DNA of 38,624 nucleotides, taken from positions 1-38,624 of IMG/VR virus record IMGVR_UViG_3300028586_000046. One strand, written 5' to 3'. This DNA is from a virus. Its lineage: Duplodnaviria > Caudoviricetes. The notes beneath the pieces were generated by a model. The model worked only from the letters and a program-made list of their open reading frames with translations. It had not been told where the DNA came from and searched no databases. Shown here piece after piece: positions 1-7,610 of the stretch (position 1 is the first letter of the stretch; every line of letters begins with the position of its first letter). Made by a program: the position numbers and the translations under genes.

Positions 1-587
1 CACTGGCCCGAAGGCAGCCAGGGCACGGACGTATAATCGCAGAAGGTTTGGTGGTGCAGGTTGCTGAAGCGGTAGATATTACCCCGAATCATGGGGCGCA
101 GAATCTTGTTCACGTGCTCCTCCTTCATCAGGGCTGACTCGTCAATGTGGCCGAAGTCGTAGTTACCACTCCGGGCCAGCTCGGCCCGGTCCATGCTCAG
201 CATCTGGATGGTGTAGCCGTTGAGAAACGTAATCATGTTCTAGTAATTGCTAGGGGGCTGATAGGGTTTAATCCTCTCATCTGGTGGGCGTTTACCTTTC
301 ACGTAGTGGCCAAAACCGGACTTCGAGTCGTACTCGCGCAGCCCGTGGGCCTCCCAGGCCCCTTCCATCGCCGGCACCGTGTTGCTCGTGAGCTGGGTGT
401 AGGTCAGGCCCGCCAAAAAGCCCTTAGCCCGGGGCAGGTAGTTCAGCTGCACCCGCGTCTCGTGGCCGGCCACGGTGGTCTTGCCCGAGCCCCGGCCGCC
501 GACAAAGCTGCGGCGCTTTTGCTTGGCGGCCAGGAATTGCCGCTGCTTTTCGTTGACGTAGATGCGCCGGGCGGTATTATTCTTCAT
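1..587 (-). pseudogene. Phage terminase large subunit, N-terminal part, interrupted by an in-frame TAG at 240-242 and running off the window edge
   Basis: Walker A GGRGSGKT. The same frame continues past the TAG as NMITFLNGYTIQMLSMD...DFGHIDESAL...SVPWLPSGQ, which aligns by eye with the TerL at 23167-24915 (HFIIFKNGTGFHLVSLD...GFIGDEAL...SMPWGDTGRW). Confidence 0.85.
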
Positions 588-1095
588 CTACGGGGCCGCT
601 TACGTCCTCAAAGTCAATATTCTGTGTTTCCTGTTCGCGCAGCACGCGCACGTCGGTGCTGAAGTCCATCGGCACGGGGATGAGGAAGGCTTGGGGGTCA
701 AGCAGCGTCTTTTCGGGCTCTAACAGCCCCTGGAGCTTATCGCCCAGCTCGGTAGCCCGAATGGCGGCATTGATGTCGCCATCCTTGCGCGCCAGGTTGG
801 CCAGCAGCTTGTAATTCTCGATAGCAATGACGCGCTGGCCCTTCTTATCGACTTCTTCAATACTCCCATAAAGCGTGACGCTTTCGCGCACGATGGCGTA
901 GAGCTGCGGCTGGCTCAGCTCAAATTCCTTCTCCAGCGTGGCAATTACCTGGTTGCGGCTGAAGCCCAGGCACAGCAGCGCGTGCGCCTTGCGGTACTTA
1001 GCCAACATTTCCAGCTCCTCGTCCTTGAGGTCGGCTCCTTCCATCAGGTGCGACCTGTATTTGTCAATCTTGTCCGGTTTCTTCAGCTGTTTCAT
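577..1095 (-). CDS. Putative terminase small subunit of the remnant prophage
   Basis: Overlaps the terL start; helical HTH-like core; same position and size class as 24912-25574. ATG at 1095 (MKQLKK) preferred over the longer ORF-track start. Confidence 0.6.
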   Translation of the reverse strand: MKQLKKPDKIDKYRSHLMEGADLKDEELEMLAKYRKAHALLCLGFSRNQVIATLEKEFELSQPQLYAIVRESVTLYGSIEEVDKKGQRVIAIENYKLLANLARKDGDINAAIRATELGDKLQGLLEPEKTLLDPQAFLIPVPMDFSTDVRVLREQETQNIDFEDVSGPVDEE

Positions 1096-1290
1096 AAAAA
1101 GCGGGATTACACCATCAAGATGTAACCCTGCCTCAAGCAGCAGTAGGACGGGATTACGCCGGGGCGGTGGCGCCAAACGTGAGCTGACCATCTTTCACAG
1201 CCGGCCGTGAAGCCAGCGGTGTTCGAAAGCCAACAGCGCATGAAAAAGCGCTAGGTGGCAGTTACCGAGGACTTGGCAGTAATTTGCATC

Positions 1291-1668
1291 ATGCAGCTAA
1301 ACAAGAATTCTTACTTCCTCGCCACCTTACTGATAAGTATTTTACTAGCAGCGGTCACCGCGTTACCTGCCCATGCTGCATCAGATACTGCCTTCGATAA
1401 GTTAACAATAGAGGACCTATACTTCGGTTTATTCGTAGTTGTACCAAGCATAGTGGCGTGCATTGTTGCATCTATCGTGTTATCAGGGCATTATGGATTC
1501 AAGTCAAATCCTATTCTCGCCGAAAGGATTTGCTACTCGCTTGGGGCAATTCTTGTGGTCAAGGCAGCGAGCGCGGAGCGCCTGCCAGCAACAACATCTA
1601 CTGTGCTTGCCCTTGCTGCGAGCGCATTAACCTACTACATCTTCTCGCGCCTAAGACCTAATGGGTAG
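1291..1668 (+). CDS. Small multi-pass membrane protein (cargo)
   Basis: Several hydrophobic segments, lower GC, GTAATTTG -7-like box just upstream of the ATG at 1291. Confidence 0.55.
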   Translation: MQLNKNSYFLATLLISILLAAVTALPAHAASDTAFDKLTIEDLYFGLFVVVPSIVACIVASIVLSGHYGFKSNPILAERICYSLGAILVVKAASAERLPATTSTVLALAASALTYYIFSRLRPNG

Positions 1669-1761
1669 CCAAACAGCATAACCTGGCCACTTCGACGCCG
1701 CCTGCCGTGCTTACTGATACGTGGTCAGCTCACTGGTAATCAGCTCAAGTAGCGCATAGCA

Positions 1762-1794
1762 GAAAGCCCCTGGCGATAGTCGCCAGGGGCTTTC
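1762..1794. terminator. Bidirectional intrinsic terminator
   Basis: GAAAGCCCCTGGCGA-TAG-TCGCCAGGGGCTTTC hairpin between convergent genes. Confidence 0.8.
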
Positions 1795-1811
1795 TTGTGG
1801 AAGACGCTTAG

Positions 1812-2159
1812 CTATTTCTGCGTTTCAGTAGGCGCGGCCTCTACTTCACCTACGTCAACACTGTCGTTTGCACTCGTAACCCGAGTTACGGCGAATGAGT
1901 CGCTGCCTATTTGTATGACTGCAAACTGGCTGTAAGAAGTGCCTGACGAAGTATAGGGGGCAGCTTGTACGGGGTTACCGTTCACAAGGACAGTCACCAC
2001 TATTTCACCTACTAAGCAGACACCGCGGCTACTGGCCTCCCAGCATTTGCCGGGAGCAATGGTAAACTGGTCATTGCCGCAATATGCGCTCTCGTAGATT
2101 ACTTGGCCTGAAACAGGGTAAAGAGTCGAGTTGCAGATATTAACAAGAGGGTAGGCCAT
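1812..2159 (-). CDS. Hypothetical beta-rich protein, 115 aa
   Basis: Clean ATG ORF with AT-rich leader and its own terminator; 4 Cys; PYTSSGTSYSQF segment. Confidence 0.7.
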   Translation of the reverse strand: MAYPLVNICNSTLYPVSGQVIYESAYCGNDQFTIAPGKCWEASSRGVCLVGEIVVTVLVNGNPVQAAPYTSSGTSYSQFAVIQIGSDSFAVTRVTSANDSVDVGEVEAAPTETQK

Positions 2160-2235
2160 GGTAGTTTTTTCTTAAACGTCTAAAAGACCGTTTCTTAGAC
2201 AAAGCAAAAGTCCCCTATCAAGTAAGCTGAAACTA

Positions 2236-2276
2236 GCGTAGAAATACCCCTATTTAAAACTCAGGTATTTCTACGC
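2236..2276. promoter_or_regulatory. 13-bp inverted repeat, probable operator
   Basis: GCGTAGAAATACC-N15-GGTATTTCTACGC upstream of the 115-aa gene. Confidence 0.5.
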
Positions 2277-2313
2277 GAAATGCTTTCATCAGTGCTGCTG
2301 GCAAAATGGTAGC

Positions 2314-4954
2314 TCATTTATCGTTGCTGCCAGGCGAAGAAAGGGCGAGGATGCCGGCGCCCCCGTGCCCGCTGGTTCTCGCGCGGCCGGTGGTGGGCTC
2401 CCATCCCCCGGCTTGCACCAATGCCTCCAGAGTATCGGCTAAGGTATCGGGCGTAGGATGCTGCATAAACTCCTGACCAATAGTAAACGGCAACCACGCA
2501 TAGTGTGTTAATTGCTGGCTTGGCCAACTTGCCAGCAGTTTTGGTGATACCCGCTGCCAGATGGTGGAAAAGCTGAGCGGCAGACCTTTCACATTCACCC
2601 TTTTCTCGCGCACAAAGCGTAGGCGGCTGGCCTCCTCCAACCAGGTAATTCCGGACTGCATGCGCCGCATGTTGTCCGCCACCCATCCTGGGCCACTCTC
2701 CCCGGCTACGCGGCCTAGCATGTCGTGCATCCAGGGATTAATCCAAAAATTCAAGGTTTTCTCAATCAGCAACTGTTGCTGTGCCAATGACTCGGGCCAG
2801 TGCTGCTCTTGCAAAGCGCCAGCCCATTCTTCCTTGCGCTCGTCTAACCGGGCCAGCACCAAAAACAGGCCAACCTGTTCGTCAAAATCCCCGCTGCCTA
2901 ATACGGCTTGAATAGCTTTGCGATACAATTCTCGCTCCGATACCTTATAAAGCCCTACCAAACTCTCAGCCGTGTCGAGGTGCGACAAGCGTAGTAGTTG
3001 GAGCGTACTGGCTAATACAAGGCTCCGATATTTTGGCTGCATGGCCATGATACCTTCCTCCAGCATATCAAGGGCCACTCGCGACCCGACCCGCTTACGG
3101 GCAAGCAATATGTCGTCTGCCTCATCTAGTTCCCGGCACAACTGCATGACCATGTCGCGGTCCCGCGTATTCTGCTGAGCAAATGCTTGGCCTATGGCAA
3201 ACAGCAGGGTATTACGCCAGTAGGGTATCGGGGCAATGGCCCGCAATCGCTCTTTTACTACGTCGTACTCCTCCCGCATCAGGGCGCGCGCCGCCGAGAA
3301 TTCCTGTAATGACCTCACCTCAAAGCTGTAGCGGCCATCTTCCGGGGTTATAATAAACACAAGACGGTCCAGGGCAACGTGCATAATAGTATCCGTCAGC
3401 CAATCTAACTCTTCTCCGCTGTACTCCTCTTGCACTAAGTAATTATATACCAAGCACCGCAGCCGTTCAGGCGAGATGTAACCCTCCATTTTATCTATCG
3501 ACTCCCCTTCTACCTGCAGCAGCAGGCCAATGCGGTCGTGCAAAATTTCAAGGGTCTTGCGGTGGTCAGTCAGCACTTGCGACAGGGTGAGCCCGCGTTG
3601 CTGCTACGGCATCCAGCACCTCCATCCGGTTATTGACTGCCGGCACCTCGTCCAGCCCATCAAACACCACAAATAGAGCCGAGTTGGTTAGCATCAGCTC
3701 CGCATCTTGCGCGGTAAAGGAGCGCTTGGAGCGCTTATGCACTTGAGCGGCGATATACTCCAAAACGGAACCAACTTCCCCTTGAGCCAGTGCTCCAGCA
3801 AATTCCTGCAAGATGATGCGAAACGGCCAGCGGGGACAGGTGGGCAAACCAGTTCCCGACTCAGCAGCAGCTTGTTCTATCACCTGTAGCGTGCGATTCG
3901 TCTCGAACTCCAGCGTTCTAGTTGTATCTGCCCTAAGCAGCGCGGCACGGTAGCGTTGTGCCAGAAATTGGCCTAGCGTACTTTTTCCTTGCCCTGGTCC
4001 TCCTACAATGACAAAGCGGGAAGGCCCATATTTTTCCTCTGGAATAGAATCAAAAATTTCCGCAATACGCGCTTGCTCCTCCTCATCCTCCTCACCCAAG
4101 TCAGATTCGGCTTCCTCATACTCTTCCTCGTCCATGTGTGCCCGCCACGACTCGCCACTTAGTTGACGCTCCTCTCTGAGCAGCGTTGGGTGCAGTGGTC
4201 GGTCAGCCTTTTGCTGTACCTCCTGCACCACATATACCACTTGCTCGGGGCTTGATTCAGGTACCGCCTGCAAGTCTACAAACACTCGCGCTAGAGGGGG
4301 ACGACTATCACTGGCATGACCGGCCTGGGCCAGTAGGACGAATTGGTCAATCCGCAATTCTTCCTGCAGGAAAACTGATAGCGTCGTTTCTACACCCTGC
4401 TGATGCGAAAGGAACGCCTGCGCAACGTGGTGAATAAGATTGCCAGAATGTAACAAGCCAAACCGCTCAGCAACTTTGGGGGTGATGTCTACTAAGTTGT
4501 TGAGTTTGTCCCGGTCCCACACATCTGCTTCCTTAATACCTAGCTCCCCTTTCCAGTAGTTGAGGCGCTCCACAAATCTATCCTTACCCCCGGTATCCTG
4601 CTGCGCCGACAGGTGAGCGTTGGTGATAAAGAGAAAGTAATCTGGTCTTCTGCGCTTCCGCTTAGCAGTTTTATACCGCTCCATCTCTCTGTTGAGCTCC
4701 TTAATCGCCCAATCTGCTTCATCCTTAGGCGTTGCTCCCCGTGCCTGCTTCTACTTGCACTGAACTACTAAGTAGCCATTCCACAATGGACCGGCTAACC
4801 AATATTTCATCTACCCTTCGAAGGTTGCTTCTCGCCCGCCATCAGCGCCCGTAGTATATGGGCGCAGGCCGCGAGCAATGTGTTCGGCAAATAGCGCATT
4901 TGCCATGTGCTCGAAATTCTTATCACTCAAGTGCTCAAAGTCAAAATCAGGCAT
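2314..4954 (-). pseudogene. Restriction-endonuclease-like + NACHT/STAND NTPase (Avs/bNACHT-like defence gene), disrupted
   Basis: ATG at 4954 gives MPDFDFEHL...DGGREATF...VVQCK (PD-(D/E)xK-like). Walker A GGPGQGKST, Walker B VVFDGLDE. In-frame TAGs at 4811-4813 and 4751-4753, a frame break near 3580-3610 and an aberrant GC-rich 3' end. Confidence 0.8.
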
Positions 4955-5057
4955 AGGGAACAACTATAAGGTAGGACAGTACTATTCCTCTAGGCAAAGA
5001 ACGTCACGGCATTTGTGAATGGCATAGTTATAAAGTTTCATTCTACCTTGCCCACCT

Positions 5058-6401
5058 ATGGAAGTAACCTGCCAGCTGCGCCTGGGCCAACTCACTAAGA
5101 GCGGCCAGGCCCAAATCCAGCTTACCTACTGCTGGGACGGCCAGCGCCTGCGCGTGGGCGCCGGGGAGAAGTGCCTGCCCAAGCACTGGGACGCCAAGCG
5201 CCAGCGCGTCAAAAACAAGCCCGACGCCTACGCAGACGCCATCAACCAGGTGCTCGACGACCACACCGCCGCCGCCCAGGCCTTGCACCGCGCCGCCCAG
5301 GGCGCGCCCCTGGGCAAGGACCAGCTGCACGCCGGCATCGCCCAGCACGTGGCCGCGCTCGTAGCCGCCCGCACCGGCCAGGCCCCGCTGCCCCCGCCGC
5401 CCAAAATCGTCCTCACTTTCCTCGACTACTTCGACCAGTGGATTACCGAGGAGGAAGACAAGGTATCGGTGCGCACCGGGCGCCTACTCTCGCCCGACAC
5501 CATCTGGACCCACCGGGCCGTGCGCAAGGAACTGGCCGCTTTCGCTGCCCACTGCCGCCAGCCCCTCTCCTTCGAGGGGCTCACCAAGGCCTTCTACGAC
5601 GGGCTGCGCAACTACATGCTCGGCGTGGCCGGCCGCAGCCCGCGCACCTTCAACACCTACGTCAAGCGCCTGCGCTCCTTCCTCTTCTGGGCCGAGAGCC
5701 AGGAGCTACCCGTACCCGGCGGCTTTCGCAAGGTGCTGCGCCTGGCCCACAGCTACGTGGGCAAGGACGCCCTCACCCAGGACGAGCTGCTGGCCATCGC
5801 CGCCATCGACTTCACGGCCCCTGACGTACTGGCCCCACCTGGCCGCCGCCTTCCCCGAGCCCACCCCGCGGGAGGGGCGCGGCGGCCGGGGCGAGCTCAG
5901 TACCGCCGCGCACGTGAGCCGCTGCGAGTGGACCCGCGATATGTTTCTGCTCTGCGCCTACACCAGCGCCACGGCGACGCCCAGGAGCTGGGCTGGCAGC
6001 ACATCAACGCCGCGCAGGAGCTCATCGAGAAGGCCCTCAACAAAACCACCGTCGTGTGCCTCATTCCCTACCTCGATGACGACGTGTTCCGGCCCGTGGC
6101 CCTGCTGGAGAAGTACCGGCCCCTGGGACTGGACTCCTGCCTGCCCTTCGTGCGCGACCCCTGGCGCTACCTGCCCCACGTAGCGGCCCTCTCCGGCCTT
6201 ACCCGCCTCAAGCTCGGCATGCACGTGGGCCGCAAGACCCACGCCACCCTTAAAATTTACCAGGGCGTGCCGGCGCGCCTCGTCATGCTGGCCATCGGCC
6301 ACCAGACCGAGAGCCAGTTCAACGTGTACCTAGGCATCAACCGCCAGGAGCTGCTCGACTCCTACCGCCAGACGGCCCGGTGCCCGCCCAAGGCCGCCTA
6401 A
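5058..6401 (+). CDS. int: Tyrosine recombinase/phage integrase with two compensating frameshifts, probably impaired
   Basis: Arm-binding-like N-terminus, SAM-like middle, QRHGD, HVGR, IGH and VY motifs. The expected RDMFLLCAYT segment lies in the +1 frame between ~5835 and ~5964. Confidence 0.85.
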   Translation: MEVTCQLRLGQLTKSGQAQIQLTYCWDGQRLRVGAGEKCLPKHWDAKRQRVKNKPDAYADAINQVLDDHTAAAQALHRAAQGAPLGKDQLHAGIAQHVAALVAARTGQAPLPPPPKIVLTFLDYFDQWITEEEDKVSVRTGRLLSPDTIWTHRAVRKELAAFAAHCRQPLSFEGLTKAFYDGLRNYMLGVAGRSPRTFNTYVKRLRSFLFWAESQELPVPGGFRKVLRLAHSYVGKDALTQDELLAIAAIDFTAPDVLAPPGRRLPRAHPAGGARRPGRAQYRRAREPLRVDPRYVSALRLHQRHGDAQELGWQHINAAQELIEKALNKTTVVCLIPYLDDDVFRPVALLEKYRPLGLDSCLPFVRDPWRYLPHVAALSGLTRLKLGMHVGRKTHATLKIYQGVPARLVMLAIGHQTESQFNVYLGINRQELLDSYRQTARCPPKAA

Positions 6402-6415
6402 GTAGGGGCTTTTTT

Positions 6416-6627
6416 AGTGGCAGAAACAGTGGCAAAGTGCCACCTTTTCTAGTTGGGGCTGGTTGGGGGTGATTGTGAGAATCTGCGTTTACAGCACGCA
6501 GAGGCCAATTTTAGCCAGTCAGTGACCTAGGGGCACAAAAAAAGGCCGCGCCACCCGGCAAGTGCGATGTACGTTTGAATACGCTCCTAAGCACTTTTTA
6601 CCGAAAAAGGCGGCCAAAAGGGTGGCA
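6416..6627. other. Candidate att junction with arm-type repeats
   Basis: AGTGGCA at 6416 and 6428, inverted TGCCAC at 6438, GTGGCA at 6622, in non-coding DNA directly after int. Confidence 0.4.
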
Positions 6628-6645
6628 TTATCCTCTAAAACACCC

Positions 6646-7230
6646 CTAATTCTGGACTTCTGAGAGGTATTTGTGCATAGTTGCCACCGGTACGCCCGTG
6701 GCTAGTTGAATCTTCTTAAAGCTGAGCCCCTCCCCTCGCAGCCGACGCAGTTCTGCCACCACGTCGTCGGCCAGGGCCGGGCGTCCGGGCTGCTTGCTGC
6801 TGCGAGCCTGGCCAGCCTTGATACGCTCGGAGAAGCGGACGCGCTCCTGCTTGGCGATGGCGGCCAAAAAGCCAATTATTGCCTCCCGAAACATACCGGT
6901 ACTATCGAGGTACTGCTCGGTGAAGGATTTGAACTGCACGCCCGCCGTTGTGAGCCGCTGCAGGTGATTGAGCGTTTCGGTCACGCCCTCGCGGCTGAAG
7001 CGGTCGAGGCTCCAGAACAGCACCACGTCGAAGCGCCGCTGGTGGGCATCCGTAAAGAGCTGCTGAAACGCCGGCCGCTCGGCGCTGCCGCCGCTTTCCT
7101 GGTCGCAGTACTCCTTGTATACAGTATACCCTAGCCGCTCGGCAAAGGCCTGCAACTCGCGGAGTTGGTTCTCGTTGGTCTGGCCTTTGTCTTTGGTCGA
7201 GACCCGGGCGTAGATGGCGGCACTACTCAT
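6646..7230 (-). CDS. Small serine recombinase (resolvase/invertase family)
   Basis: YARVST catalytic motif, RPAF, LDRFSR, ERVRFSERIKAG and C-terminal HTH; ATG at 7230. Confidence 0.93.
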   Translation of the reverse strand: MSSAAIYARVSTKDKGQTNENQLRELQAFAERLGYTVYKEYCDQESGGSAERPAFQQLFTDAHQRRFDVVLFWSLDRFSREGVTETLNHLQRLTTAGVQFKSFTEQYLDSTGMFREAIIGFLAAIAKQERVRFSERIKAGQARSSKQPGRPALADDVVAELRRLRGEGLSFKKIQLATGVPVATMHKYLSEVQN

Positions 7231-7263
7231 CGCTCGAAAAGCATACAATATCCTTCATAAAAC

Positions 7264-7294
7264 AAAAAAGGGACTGAGCAATGCTCAGTCCCTT
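7264..7294 (-). terminator. Intrinsic terminator of the tRNA-like gene
   Basis: GGGACTGAGC-ATT-GCTCAGTCCC followed by TTTTTTGTT on the minus strand. Confidence 0.85.
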
Positions 7295-7297
7295 GTG

Positions 7298-7415
7298 TAC
7301 TCCGAACAGGACTCGAACCTGCATCTTGCCCTTAGAGATTATATCAAGAGCGACCCTGATATAATCTAGGACTTAACATGTGATAGGGCAGTTCTTCCAA
7401 TTAAACTACCGGAGC
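7298..7415 (-). ncRNA. tRNA-like RNA with 45 extra nt in the anticodon loop; anticodon unassignable
   Basis: Acceptor GCTCCGG/TCGGAGT, D arm GTTT-AATTGGAA-GAAC, stem GCCCT/AGGGC around a 52-nt loop, variable loop AAGAT, T arm GCAGG-TTCGAGT-CCTGT, discriminator A. Confidence 0.8.
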
Positions 7416-7494
7416 ATTTTAGAAACAATAACCTAGAAACCAGAGGTAATCTGACAAAGTTCATTTTTTGAAGAATTTAATACTGCGTACTTAG

Positions 7495-7598
7495 AAGTCG
7501 TTCCCAAAACTACTGTTTTTCGAACGACTTTCCACCCCACGCCAAAGGCCCCAAAAACGCAGGTTTTTGGGGCCTTTTTTAACAGGGTTTTTCGAACG
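7495..7598. repeat. Palindromes and repeats resembling res subsites, including a terminator-like hairpin after the tape measure gene
   Basis: AAGTCGTTC...GAACGACTT (7495-7530); AAAGGCCCCAAAAAC/GTTTTTGGGGCCTTT (7544-7577); GTTTTTCGAACG at 7515 and 7587. Confidence 0.6.
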
Positions 7599-7610
7599 CC
7601 TTCCGGGTGG

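Noticed and set aside
6646-7230. IS607-type transposase or large serine integrase
   Set aside because: The HTH is C-terminal, the protein is short and no tnpB is adjacent.
240-7415. Amber recoding: three in-frame TAGs plus a CTA triplet in the tRNA-like loop
   Set aside because: Intact phage genes such as tape measure, capsid and resolvase end in TAG; the affected region also has frameshifts; no canonical CUA loop can be built.
7298-7415. tRNA as integration site, tmRNA or group I intron
   Set aside because: No duplicated 3' end in the window; it has a full D stem, no tag ORF, and the insert is too short.
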